Assembly (NCBI GenBank): GCA_043228905.1
Contig: JBHGNT010000137.1
Span: forward strand, 1-64,000
Length of the DNA stretch: 64,000 nt
DNA from: Azolla caroliniana
Lineage: Eukaryota; Plantae; Polypodiophyta
Reading direction: 5' to 3'
Shown: piece by piece, positions 36,640 through 49,507 of the stretch
Numbering within the stretch: position 1 is the first letter of the stretch
How the letters are laid out: each line of letters opens with the position of its first letter
The notes under the pieces: model-generated
Databases searched by the model: none
What the model was told of the DNA's origin: nothing
What the model saw: only the letters and a program-made list of their open reading frames with translations
Translations under genes and position numbers: made by a program

Positions 36640-36980
36640 CCTCCATAAAGAGCAAGAAACATCCACTTTCAAGATAATGAGTAAATGTAATTATTTCTAT
36701 CTAAAACAATTTAACAATATTGTATGTCATACTTCTATGTTTAATGCTATTCACTTTTGATTGTACAACATGGCTCTGTAAAGAGCAAGAAACACTACCT
36801 TTAAGATAATATAAGTAAATTTAATAACTTTCATCTGAAATAATATTTCTACATTCGGTGTTATTCATTTTAATGGTAAAACATGGCTCTGTAAAATGCA
36901 ATAAACATCCATCTTCAAGGTTATATAAATAAATTTAACAAATTCAATCTGAAATAATATCATGTATGCCATACTTCAAG
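36640..36980. repeat. Diverged ~120-bp repeat, three copies
   Basis: (ACATGG)CTCTGTAAAGAGCAAGAAACA ... ATCTGAAATAAT recurs near 36641, 36768 and 36881. Confidence 0.7.
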
Positions 36981-39181
36981 GTCAAGCTTGAATAACATAA
37001 AGGTATACACTACAAGCAAAATGACTAGAGAATGGGGATTCTCTACACGAGTTTATGTACAGTTGTTAGACCTGAAAAACTTTCATATGTAAGCTTGTCT
37101 AATATGTATCTTGTGATCGAATTTCACTCGAATAATCTGTCAAATCTAGTTATGAATTTCATTCCCTATTTGAAAGTACAAACACAATGTCTTGCACAGA
37201 ACTAGAACCAAAATTAGAGTGAACATTGCGTTTTTCAGAAACAGAAACAAAAAATAAAGGTGAAAAAAACATGACCTTCAATAACCCAGAGAATGTGTAG
37301 GATGATTTTACACAAAGTACAAAAAAGATTGTACTGTGTTCTGTTTCACAAGATTTGATGGCTTGCAGTAATTGATGAATTAGATGGAACAGATTTGAGA
37401 GGCCCTTGATGAGTGTACGCTGGTTACAGAGATAATAGACGGATGTTCTCACATCCCAATTAATCGGTTTTGCTTCTTTACTTCAATATGAGAATCTAAT
37501 TTCGAGCTTGGCTAATATCTTGCAAATAGCAAGAACTAGTTGAGAACTTCAAATTCCTATACCTTCCTACTTTGAAAGAAGAGAAATATACGGAAAAGAA
37601 GGATAATTAGACATAATCTAAAGCTTATACATATGCAAGGAACCAGTCTGTCGAAAGGGAGGGTAATGTAACACAATGCAAATCAAATGGTCAGTCCTAC
37701 TGCACATGGTATTGCATTCTACAGCTTATGGATGCCAAATACACATACACGGACACATGCATATACTATATCGACATATGTATCACAGTGGACATCAAGT
37801 CCATTGTGACCTGCAAGACTTGGTAACGTGAACATCTTGTTCCTGATGGCTCCTCTTGTATATGAAATAAGCTGTTAATGCAAAAGTTGACATCTTATAT
37901 ACGCTCCATATCGAAAACATCTTAGGTCTTAAATCTGCAAGATTTGCTGAAGACCACCTTATGGGCAGCAGAAAAGGACTGTCTTGTCTTGGATCACTAC
38001 TGCTACCTTTCTGCAGATGTGGGTTGGCCAGGTTTGGAATCAACAATTTAGACCGAATTGTACACCAGCCCCCTCCATTCCAGTTTCATCCATTATCTTC
38101 TGAGATTCCTCAAGTCCCTTTGGCTTCATTACTTCGGCTGTGAAAAGCTATTACATTTGAACCACCATTATTTTACTGTGAGTTGAATGATCAACCAATG
38201 ACTCACCTCTTTGACCATGATTCAACCAATGAGCTGGAATACCCCTTCACCTGATACAAAGATGGCAATACTTCAGTGGTTGCACTGACTGTTGTAGGGT
38301 TATATGCCCACCTCAAAACCTCTTCCTTTCATACAAGTCATGCCATCGAAACAGCTTCAGAAAAGATATTTCCAACATCTCCAACTTGTGTAAGAACATA
38401 TTTCGCCTCAGATGGAAATTCCTCTATCGAATTTCTGTTGGCCGCCTCTACTGCATTTTCAGCCATTCCTTTCTGACTTGGTCTATCACAAGTTGATTTC
38501 CACGTGACCGCAATGCTAATTGACTTGAATCTGTGCATAGTGCTTTGGACTCTCCTATCACACACTAAATCACATACATTTCCATCGACTATTGGAGAGT
38601 GAACCCTCTTCCAATTCTGGTGTCAACCTTCAATCCATCCTTCTTTAGATAGCATTATTTCACTTTTCTCAGGGCTCTCCCTTGACCAGGGCCCTTCCCA
38701 GATCCTGCCAATACTTACTTCATACAGGAGAGATTGGTCTTTATGCCTTGAACCCCTTCCAATCGTGTGGACGGAACACTTGTTCTCTCCAGGACATCTT
38801 TCTGCAGCTTCCAAATTTCAGTACTAATCTCTGAAACCCACACCCCACGTGTCATGTAAATTATGGTCAATGAAAAACATGGAGAAAACATGGGAGAATG
38901 AATCAACCCAAATGAACATATCCATTAAGAGGAGGAATAACATCAGCTTATAGACAGGCATCAGGCAATGATGCACGACCTACTATATGGCTCCACATGG
39001 GTGGATGTTAGACTGGATATCGACAAGCGTACAGCTTCTGGGGTTAAGATAAAGGAATGTAAGCTCACTCATTCCAACTCCTGCAACTCTTCCATCACTC
39101 CCTCTGTAGCTCGGCACTTGGACATTCAATTAGCCCTTCTCTCCCCATTCCTTCAGCTCTGCACACTTTTCTATTACACAC

Positions 39182-39491
39182 CTTATGCCCACAGGGGGAG
39201 ACCAATTGAATATGGGAGCCACATTGACTAGCTTGTGAATAACACTGGGCGATAGGGAATTAACACCCAGAAACATATCCTCAAACAAAATATCCGGACC
39301 AAGGGGGCCTCATTATACATACATGCATGCATGCATATATATATATACATACATTTTTTTTTATATTACAGATCTCATGCCCACAGGAGGAGACCACTTG
39401 ATTGACAGAGCCACATTGACTGACTTACGAACAACACCAGGCCATAGTGAAACAAATCCTAAAACAAAATATCCGGATCAAAGGGACCTCA
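39182..39491. repeat. Diverged ~120-bp duplication
   Basis: ATGCCCACAGG.GGAGACCA ... GAGCCACATTGACT ... AAACAAAATATCCGGA occurs twice. Confidence 0.7.
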
Positions 39492-41566
39492 AAGATATAT
39501 TTAATCCAGGCATATCAGGCAGATCATCTTAGACATAATAGTATCACACAATCAAAATCCTAAGAAGAGTAGGCATGAAGTTATATACCAGTGTATTTAA
39601 TATAGAACAAATTTTCGAAAAACAAAATGCTGCCAAAGTACTGAGTTATGTTAGTGTGCATGTGTTAATTAATATACATGTCCCCCTTTAATCAGTAGAA
39701 AAGACAATATAGTGATAATACTTTATTAAATGCTGAAAGTGCATGAATTACACATGAATGCTCAAATGACAACATTCAAAATCACCTTCAACATAATATG
39801 GTCTTTAATACGTTGGCATATTCTTTTGATCAGCACTCTTGAGGATGATGAACATTAGGTAGGACCATAGAAGATAACAGCTTAAAAGCTTTCTTGCAGT
39901 TTTCTTTCATGGAAAGACATTCAAAAGTGTCAAGGCATTATCAGTATGAAGGTAAAAACTAAAGCAGTGTTAGTGTTAATATGAAGGTAATATATTATCT
40001 ATTACTTTGATCCCAACACAAAGTTGTTGAGCCTTAAAGGATCTAGAGATTGCTGGAATCAAATTTTACACCCAAGACAAAGAGCCTCCTTCATATTCCA
40101 CACATACATATTCACAATGAAGGGAGCCATCTGATGTTGAATGTAAAGCCAACCGAAGGTTGCAGATTAAAGAAAACATAGATTCAACAATTCTCAATTG
40201 TGAAAACAATGGAACCTATGCACAAATGGAAAATGGCCAATCTCTTTTTCTCCCCACATAGTTGTGACAATAATACATAAGCAGAGTCACCTTACCATAT
40301 CACGGACCTTGCAAATGTACAAGGGCACAAGTATGAACTTCGTGAAGCAATGTGATTTGAATGGTGCTATTTCTTCTTCACCCACTCTGAAGTTCAAAGT
40401 AGATTAAATGCTACAATTGATTTTGTTCAGGAAAGTGCCTGAAGATGAGATTTATACATAGCTTACAGCGCGTGACAGTTATAATTTTGTCAAAAACCCA
40501 TCATTAAGAAATGGTCAAAATGAGCCGGTCCTTCTCTTAGACAACATTCTTGCAAGACAAAACACCAGACGCCTCGACAAATCAGCATGTCAACAAATAC
40601 TCTTCGTTTTTCTGTCAGCAATGAGTGCATAATCCTGTTTTCAAATTTTATTCACAGAAGTCTTCCTCTTCATCAACATCCATTCAAAACATAGGCACCA
40701 GCAAACATAGCCTGCCTTAAATTCTTGAAAAGTAAATCCTGCCACCTCTGCTTTGTGCTGAATTTTTTGTAACTATCATACATGCATCGCAAACTTCACA
40801 TCTCAATAAATATTCTTCACTTTTCTGTCACCAATCAATACAATCATCTTTCCAAATCTTCATCATTCACATAAAAAAGTCTTCAGAATCAACCCTAAAG
40901 TAGAAAAGAAAAGGTATGGAAGGCTAAGTATTATGTGCTGTCTCGTTAGTACGGTTGAATTTCCATTCTAAATGGTCTCCCTTTTTCAAGAGTTGATACT
41001 ACTGAGGAGCACAAAACATAAATCAAGAAGATTATGCACAAAGCATAAACAACATACCTTTCAATAAGTATTTTGCCAAACGTAGCACTTCAATCCATTG
41101 AGCATAGCTCCATCTGATCACTTTGATCTACTTCTCTTGACTTCAATGTTTAATGAAGAAAAAGGAATGAAAAACAGGCATAGCTCCAGCACTATTTCCT
41201 TCGAAAAATGAGTTGCACGTATGCCATGGCATGATCACTTTGATCAAGTTCTCTTGACTTCAGTATTTGATCAAGAAAAAGGAATGAAAAATAGGCATAG
41301 GTCAGCACAGATGACCACAATAACAAGCGTCAGTTTAAAAATGTACATACCCATAAATTGGGCTTCACTTCATGAACATACCATATGGAAAGAAAACCTA
41401 AGAGAATCCATTGACAGGAAAAATTTGTTTTGAGGCACCCTGGCAAGGACATGTCTTAGCTATCTGTGTGCAGGAAAGCTCTGGTAATGAAGAGAATATT
41501 CTGGATACAAACAGCTATTGATTTAATGACAAATAATCTCTTGCAGAAGAAAGACATTTTAAAACT

Positions 41567-44500
41567 CTATCTTCTCACTAATTCAAGGAATGTATTCTTT
41601 ATCTGTGAGAGTTCTGTTTTCTTTTTTTCATCCATCTCTGAGCTGTTTCCCTCAAAATTGTTGAGGAAGCATACAAAGCTTGATAAAGGTAAAAAGTTAC
41701 GATTTGCACTCCCTTCTTTAGTCTGCAAGCCCTCTACTGAAATAGCATTGAGACAATTCAAAAACCTTGTTGCATCCAATGACACCCAACTTGCAAAAAC
41801 TGCTGCAACTAACAGACTAAGATCTTCTGGGAGGCCCAACAAAATTATAATCAGATTTGATGTAGGCCACTGTGCTCTTAGAAAGAGTAGAAATCCTGAC
41901 AGAGCATCACTATGTATCAAAGGTTTAAGAAAAGTAGCACAAGATAGAATTAAATTTTCCACGAGAAAAGGTACTGCATTATGCAACTCAGCAACAAGCA
42001 TCCTCCAGAAATACTGCTGCTCAAAGCAGTCCCAAGAAACTGAACTCTTTATCAGATCTGCTATGCGGTCTGGTTGCTTTCCAAGAACTGAAATCTCTTT
42101 AAGACTAAGCTTGAGCTCAAGTTTTGATAGGTTCCTTGGATCCAGTACAGATACCAGTAACTTTATTACTTCCTTCTTTCCTCCAGAGACATCAGGAAGA
42201 TGACTAAACACCATGAAAATCACAAGCAATAGCCTTTGAATACTCCATGTTAGACATGTTTCCAAGTCCTGGAGAAGCACTTCCTCTACTTCATCTACTC
42301 TCTCTCTTGTTTCCTGTGTCTGTATGCCATTTTCAAGTTTCGAATCACATGATGAAGGTTTGGGAAAAGTACCTTTTTTCCTATACACACCCTTGATGTA
42401 CACTTTGTATGATTTAAATGCATCTGAAACCACAGGCAAGTGAGATTTGCTTGTGACTTTTGAGTTTTGGCAGATACCCACCTCAGGTAGCTCATTCACC
42501 TGCAATGCCTTATGCCAAGAAAATGCAGAGGCTTTCCCACTTTCATTTCCTTCTAACAAAGACGATAATTCATTATCCTTGTGAGGCTCCTTAGTACATT
42601 TTGGAGAAATTAGGGCATCCAAATCTGGTTTCAATTCAGTACCAGTTAAAACATTGCTCTGATCAATACACTCAGCTATCCTGCAGATGTAACAAAGAAG
42701 ACGGGCACCAACTGCATAACCTTCAGTGTGCCAAGCTAAGAGCAACTGTAGCAGCTTTGGATGATTAGATTGGGTAAACCTGCGAAGAATTGCAGATGTC
42801 ACTGACATTATCTCATCATTTTCGAGAGAATCTGACAGATACCCTGATAGTGGTGTAAATAAGTCATGTCCACTCGCCTTCACCATGTCAGAAACCTTCT
42901 TTGCGAAAGCATGAGCACTTTCCATGGCATGCCCTGTCTTTTCATCATCATTTCCTTCAGTTGTCACACTGCTGTCACTATCAGATATAAAAGATACTAT
43001 CAACTTGTCTAAAACAGCAGCAGCCTCTTCTTGGGACCTTGTAAGTGCTTTTGCAAGATCATTAAGAGTTACAATATCAATGCGCCTCTTCTTGTGCAGC
43101 TTATTGTCCATCATTCCATTATTTGACTCCATCGTCGGTGTTCCTGGCTCAGAATTATCTTCACCCAAGTCTCGTTCTGTAACAGTTCTTGATAACGGTT
43201 TTTCTTGTCTAGAATGTGATTCACTTTGGACTGTTGAAACCCCCCTTATGCTACCTAATGGGGATGGAATGGAATCGGGAACCTCTTGCTGAACACATTC
43301 TTGCTTCACATTTTTATGGGCTTCCATAGATTCTGCTTGGGAGTACATTGGGAAGTAGGCAACAAGCTTCTCCCTAAGCCAAGGAGAAACATGTGAATTA
43401 CATGCTAAAGGCTCCAATGACCTAACAACGCCTTTACTTACCAGTATGTCCACTGATGTGACCACCCCACGAGCTATCAAGTCTTTCCTAGAAGGGTCAT
43501 AATGCTCCAAGCACAGAAACAAAAACTCTAACAAAGAATGAGTAATATCTATGTACTTTGGAACAGAGTGTACCATAAGAAGAAGAGCAGGCTCAATATT
43601 CATTATATTGTCTGTCTTGGTCATAAAGAAAAACCAATCATAGAACAAAGCAAGTTTGGCATTTGCCTCAACATGTTGACTTTTGCAACATTTCAAAAGC
43701 CAGCCTATAACTGCCCATCGTGGCACTATGTCCGATTGGAGGATGTGATTTGGGGGATGGTGAACACAACAAATGAAACGAATGAGATCACAAACCAAAG
43801 TCTCACTTCCAGGTGCTGACAGAAAGCGCTGAGCAAACCATGCCTGATAGCGCCTCTGATTCCCCATGCGCACATATGTGAGCATGAACCTGATTTGTGA
43901 TTCCATCTCCATGGTTAAGCGTGAGAGTAGGTAACGTGTCGGTGTTCGCACGACATATAGCTGTGCAATATCTGTAAAACTAGAGACATTGAAAGCAGAT
44001 GGATTCGAGAGTAGATCCTTCCAAATAGACTCAAATTCTGGAATGAAAGTAACATCCTGCAAAAGCCGCACAAGATCCCTGCCTATAACGAGGCATTCTT
44101 GGAAGCAGTTGCGAAGTATCTTTACACAGAAAGAAGCTTCATCCTGTCTTAGCTCATTTAATACAGTGTTTTTAGCCATGAAATGATCCGGTAAAAGTCG
44201 AAGGAATGTGAACAAAGCACTTGTAAGTAGTCCTGGATTCCCAATAAGCCAGGTCCAGTTATTCCTGAGCATATCCAACACTTGCCCAGACAGCCACACA
44301 TTCCACTGTGTTACATCGCCTCCTATGATGCAGCGCAACAATGATAAGCATAAGTTCTCCACTTCCGATGCAGACAAAGCTATTAACTGCTTAACCAGCA
44401 ACAATAGCTGAGTGCGGCACTGGTCGAGAAGCTTTGGGTAGTGCTCATTGACAAGTCGTAGAAGAACAGAAACAATGCAAGCATACCCATCGGTGGTGAT

Positions 44501-44764
44501 GGCTGTCAGGTGTGTGAAGAGGGATTGTTGCATTCGAGGCTGTGTCAAGAACGCATAAATCCACGCTTGGTTCAGCTGGGTAAGATCTCCTGATGGTAAC
44601 GACTGAGGAGAGATGTGGTAGGGAGGTGTAAGTTGGGCCTGAAAACTCACAAATGATTGATACAAACTGTTCTCAAAGTCCTCTTTTGCCTCATAAGGGG
44701 ATCTCATCAGTATCTTCCCCTCTTCTGCATCTTGAGGAGGCCTTTGCACCATCTTTGATGTCAT
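41567..44764 (-). CDS. INTS3: Integrator complex subunit 3 (SOSS-A), single coding exon, about 1065 aa
   Basis: GRDLVRLLQD, VRMGNQRRYQAWF, CDLIRFICCVHHPPNHILQSDIVPRWAVIGWLL, AKLALFYDW, DNIMNIEPALLLM; C-terminal SWDCFEQQYFW. First in-frame ATG at 44764; possible 5'UTR intron 45052-44981. Confidence 0.95.
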   Translation of the reverse strand: MTSKMVQRPPQDAEEGKILMRSPYEAKEDFENSLYQSFVSFQAQLTPPYHISPQSLPSGDLTQLNQAWIYAFLTQPRMQQSLFTHLTAITTDGYACIVSVLLRLVNEHYPKLLDQCRTQLLLLVKQLIALSASEVENLCLSLLRCIIGGDVTQWNVWLSGQVLDMLRNNWTWLIGNPGLLTSALFTFLRLLPDHFMAKNTVLNELRQDEASFCVKILRNCFQECLVIGRDLVRLLQDVTFIPEFESIWKDLLSNPSAFNVSSFTDIAQLYVVRTPTRYLLSRLTMEMESQIRFMLTYVRMGNQRRYQAWFAQRFLSAPGSETLVCDLIRFICCVHHPPNHILQSDIVPRWAVIGWLLKCCKSQHVEANAKLALFYDWFFFMTKTDNIMNIEPALLLMVHSVPKYIDITHSLLEFLFLCLEHYDPSRKDLIARGVVTSVDILVSKGVVRSLEPLACNSHVSPWLREKLVAYFPMYSQAESMEAHKNVKQECVQQEVPDSIPSPLGSIRGVSTVQSESHSRQEKPLSRTVTERDLGEDNSEPGTPTMESNNGMMDNKLHKKRRIDIVTLNDLAKALTRSQEEAAAVLDKLIVSFISDSDSSVTTEGNDDEKTGHAMESAHAFAKKVSDMVKASGHDLFTPLSGYLSDSLENDEIMSVTSAILRRFTQSNHPKLLQLLLAWHTEGYAVGARLLCYICRIAECIDQSNVLTGTELKPDLDALISPKCTKEPHKDNELSSLLEGNESGKASAFSWHKALQVNELPEVGICQNSKVTSKSHLPVVSDAFKSYKVYIKGVYRKKGTFPKPSSCDSKLENGIQTQETRERVDEVEEVLLQDLETCLTWSIQRLLLVIFMVFSHLPDVSGGKKEVIKLLVSVLDPRNLSKLELKLSLKEISVLGKQPDRIADLIKSSVSWDCFEQQYFWRMLVAELHNAVPFLVENLILSCATFLKPLIHSDALSGFLLFLRAQWPTSNLIIILLGLPEDLSLLVAAVFASWVSLDATRFLNCLNAISVEGLQTKEGSANRNFLPLSSFVCFLNNFEGNSSEMDEKKKTELSQIKNTFLELVRR

Positions 44765-45162
44765 GACAAACAGATTCAAAGCACCACTTCATGCAAGAGC
44801 CTCTACATGAGGAAGGACATGGCAACATCTGACAGAGCAGGTTGAGTGGCACGACAAAATCTGCCCATTTTTCAAACCCTGAATCGGTGCTCACGTCTAC
44901 TTCCCATTTACAAAGGAAACAAGCCAATAAGAAATGGCAAACAAATTGCTGTGTCCGAAAGCAATAGCCCTGGTTCCAGCCTAACAGCAATCACACTACA
45001 TAAATATGCATCTTTCTCTCATATATATCTATCCCTTTTTCTCTCAACTTACCGAAGGCCAGGACGAGAAGTGAAGAAGAAGAGCTCGTGCAGAGAAAGA
45101 AGCCGCTGGAGCTGCAGAGCAAGGAAGAAAGCATAATATACATACATATATATATGTATGTA

Positions 45163-45197
<35 letters not shown>

Positions 45198-46299
45198 ATG
45201 TATGTATGTATGTATGTATGTATGTATGTAGCTATGTATATGTATATGATGAGTATTTTGGTTCATGGGGGAAGGGAGGTTAATTATAGGTGAGGCCTCT
45301 AAGTTCCCAGAGACACATATGATGCCCAAAATCTAGGTGGGCAACCCTTGGAGTCTATCTGTCCTCTACACACACACACATGCGGAGATTTCATTGTATG
45401 CTCTTTGTTCCATAATGTATACTTTACTAGACAACTGATCCATCAAGTGATTTCTTTGTTCATGTGTGCAATGCTGAAAATTAAGAAATGTAAACAAATC
45501 TTTAGTGCATGCACCACATTGAGTCGAGTAGCAAATGGTTAGGCCGAAGACTTTGAATGTACAATTATTGTATCAAATATCCAAGTCAATTTTTGAGAGA
45601 GTGATATATGGACACGAATAGGGTAACATATGCATACCATCCACTACTATCTTTTTATTGTCACTTCCATCATGAGTTGTCTTATGCCTCTTGTTCAAGC
45701 TCACAACCATGTCCAATATGTATGACCACAAAAACCATGTTCATGGTATGGGGCACAACCATCCTTCCTACTAGCAAAAGCCATTGTTTAGATTGTATCA
45801 ATCTCATTTGTTTAGTTCTTGTCGTGAATTTGCAAGATCTAGGTGATATCTCAAGCTCAACTTGGCAAATATGTAAGTTACATTGTATTGAACATTTATT
45901 TATGAAGATGTGTTGTTTTATAAATTGATGTGGAATTGTGTTCATGAATCATACCATAGTATGTAAAATTTGTGTTCGTCTAGCATAACATTCGTTTTCC
46001 TACGTTGGAAAACGAATGCGAATGTTATTCAAACATTCTTGTGTTTTTTGTTTTAGTTTTTTCCCTATTTTTTTAATGTTTTTTTAGTTTTTTTCCATTT
46101 TTTAGGCTTATTTACCTCAAAATAATTAGTTGATCCAAAATATGGTATTTGTCATTCTTTGAGGGTGTTTTTCTTACGCGAATGATTGAAACATGAGTGA
46201 ATGTGAATGCACGTATGGTATGTATGGTACATACTGTGAATCATACATATATGGCCATCTCTTGGCTTGTCTAATTATCCCACCTTGAACGGGAAGAAA

Positions 46300-48300
46300 G
46301 AAGTGTCTCCTACGCTAAATAAAGAAACCTTCAAGCATTGGTTTAGCATTTTAACGCCACTAATGAATATTTCTAGTCAAATTTCCCCCACTTTTGGTGC
46401 GTCATTCATGGCATTGTACAAAATAATAAAAGTTGAATCTTTTCCGAATATTTCTTGTTCTCTTTTTAATACTTTTCATAATTTGTTCAGATGTTCATGG
46501 CAATGCAAACAAGAATTTCTTAATCATTCATGATCTACTATGGAGTGTAGTTTCCTATTTATTGAACATTCGAACAAAGAGGATATATCAATGTTGTAAA
46601 AAATAAACAAGCTAGCTCAATAACGTACTTATAGGTTGGGAATAATGAACATTGGGTGAAAGTATATTGGTTTCAACATTTTGCCTACGAAAGTTGAAGA
46701 TTAATTTTCCCCTGCAATTTGATGGCACACCATTTGAATTAAAGTTGGTTGGTAATACACATACCCTCTCGTAGATATATGATAGGTCAAGCTAAAGTTG
46801 GCTTTGCTATATCTCTTCTTGTGAGACCAACTCTTTAGAGAATTGCTATGTTGCTCAAAAAGGACCTTCGCAACTGAGAGATTTTATCACCTTGACAATA
46901 AATATCAATGCCTATGTTGAAAATACTAATAAATATCAATCATCAAGCGAAGCAATCATCGAGGATTGTGTCCAAATTAAGTTTATGCATCCAAGTTGTA
47001 GGAAATTGTCTTGATACTATCTGGGATAATATTGCCCTCTATGATTGTTTTGAAGGGGGCTTTGAGATGATGTCAAATTCCCCTTATTCCAATGAACTCA
47101 CGATCCTATAAAGTTTATTAAGTTTGTTGTTTAGTGAGATCAATTTACTATTCATGCATCAATAGGGTCCAACATCAAATTCAATTCCACATATAGTCGG
47201 CCCCATGGTCCAATTCCAATGAATGTGGATCATTTGGTTAATGGGATCTTGAACATCTAATTAAGGAGAATAACGAGGGGGGGGGGGGAGAGAGAGAGAG
47301 AGAGAGAGAGATTAGGAAAATAAGGCTTTAGGTAAAAGTGAGAAGATCAAGGTTAAGTGGGAGGAGTTTTAACGATTGGCTTTTATACTTCCCTTAGATT
47401 TTAGTTTCTTTGTCCTTGGGGCTCACAAGTTTCCCACATTTTTCTTCTTCAAGGGTACCTATGTCAATGCTTGTGTGTATGACCAATGCTTAACTTCCAC
47501 TTGAACTCCTTAAGGAGTCCATACAATGGTCTTGCTTCTCAACGAAGATTTTAATGAAGTGTTGAAAGTACACAACATAGTCTGTAAATTCCTATCATAG
47601 CTTCTCATTAGCATAAGGGATCAAGTCTAAAGTTATTTTTACTCTCACGTCATCAGTAGAGATTTGTTTCATGATGTGCTACAATATTATCCATGCTTAT
47701 CTCAAATTTGGCATTTGAGTGTGTTCAATTATAATTGATTCAAAAGTTCCCCTTAGAAGGGTGAGGTGTTCCATCCAAGTCGAGTTGTGGCATATGTCAC
47801 ATACATAATACCTAACTCTATCTAAGTTCATAAGGTTGGATGAGAATATATGATCAATGCCTCTCTCATAAGTTCCTAACCCACTCGCCAACTTGGATGA
47901 CATTTGTTAGTAAACAGACTTGCCAAATTCAATGCAAAGGTATATTGATGTTGATCCATTTATATAACAACTATTTAACTATACTCAAAGAGTCCATCAA
48001 TAAGGTTGTAAGCTACATTTCACACTTCCCAATTTAATAGATGCTCTATGGATAAATCTATGTATGCATATTTGGATTTTACAATTGTTCATGGGTGGGC
48101 AAGCAGAGTGCTCTATACTTTGAGCATCTTCTTTATTTCATCCTTGATTTGTTGGCCTTATTGACCATTCATCAACCACGGTTTCTCCTAACTACCCTTG
48201 CATCCCTTCACTTAGGAGTTGCATACATCACTACTTCGGTTGACACTATCTTCATGTCTATGTAGCTCCATGGAAATGTGCCCATGAATTCCTTGAGGAT
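46300..48300 (-). mobile_element. Heavily decayed LTR-retrotransposon pol remnant
   Basis: Only faint integrase-like traces around 46640-46720 and no open frames; boundaries are approximate. Confidence 0.25.
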
Positions 48301-49405
48301 TAAGATTAGAGAAACCTCCTCTTCAGGTAGATCTTCGACAAGGAGGGAATCAAATTACACCACTTAATTAGAATGATGACATGTATCTAAAAAACACAAA
48401 TAAGCGAAAGTATTACACACAATGCACAAAACAACAAATTTACATCTTTGAGATCAATTATTATTTCCCGTTTCCATACATACAATTGTCCATTTCCTCT
48501 TTCAAAATTCTTCATCTTACCCCACGATTTTGGGTCAATGCAATATCACCTCTACAAGGATGGAAACAAGAGGCTTTGAGGATGGTTTGGCCTAGGCAAG
48601 GATGAACTCAATGAGAAAGATATGAAGTCAAACATGATTCAAATTTGACAAATTCAAGAAAATAGAAAGGAATGTATGGATCCAACATTTAGAACTCAAT
48701 TTTCGTCGAGAAATGTTAATGTGTTCAAATGTATTTATAAGTTATTGGCAAGTGACAAACTAATACTATGACCCTTACAAGAGTAACAATCAACAACAAA
48801 TCCTACTTTCAAAAACTCTAAGATATGGTGTAGTCTTTCTGGCGATAGCAAGGTCAACAAAATGCAAAGCTTTACAACAACAATTACTTGGGTGGACATG
48901 GTGAGGCCTTGTTGGAGATGGTGAGATAAAAAAGATGCAATAATTACAACTAGGGGGGTGTTGAAAGAAGAAATGGTAATGAGATTTGTCGGCTCCAAGC
49001 TTGCCAAAACCAGCAATAACATGTTACTAAAGGGGTTTTAGGTCAATGCCTAAGTTGGATGAGATAGCAAACGCTCAAGAAGCTGAAGACCATGGTCCCT
49101 CTAGCATAGTAACGGCATAATGGATGTGTGTGTGTGTGTGTGTGTGATAGAGAGAGAGAGAGAGAGAGAAGGATGGATGTGCTCAACCCTGCATTCCACA
49201 ATGGCATTACCACTAGGGTAAGTTACGATATTAAAAAAAATACAGAAATTCATATCCATTTGTGTATATCGGATGCTTATTAGTAAATTCCTGTATATCT
49301 ATGTGCTTGGTCAAAGTTGAGGTTTTTAATTTCAAAAATACCAAATCAGAAACAAATCTAGCAATATATGCTTTTACTTATATCAATTAGGAAAGATAGC
49401 TCACA

Positions 49406-49507
49406 TTCTAATTACCTCAATTAGGAGAGAAACCCCACTTTCTAATTACCTCAATTAGGAGAAACCCCACTTTCTAATTACCTGACTAGGAGAGACGACC
49501 CGCTTTC
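49406..49507. repeat. ~33-bp tandem repeat x3 with an internal inverted repeat
   Basis: TTCTAATTACCTCAATTAGGAGA(GA)AACCCCACT units. Confidence 0.8.
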
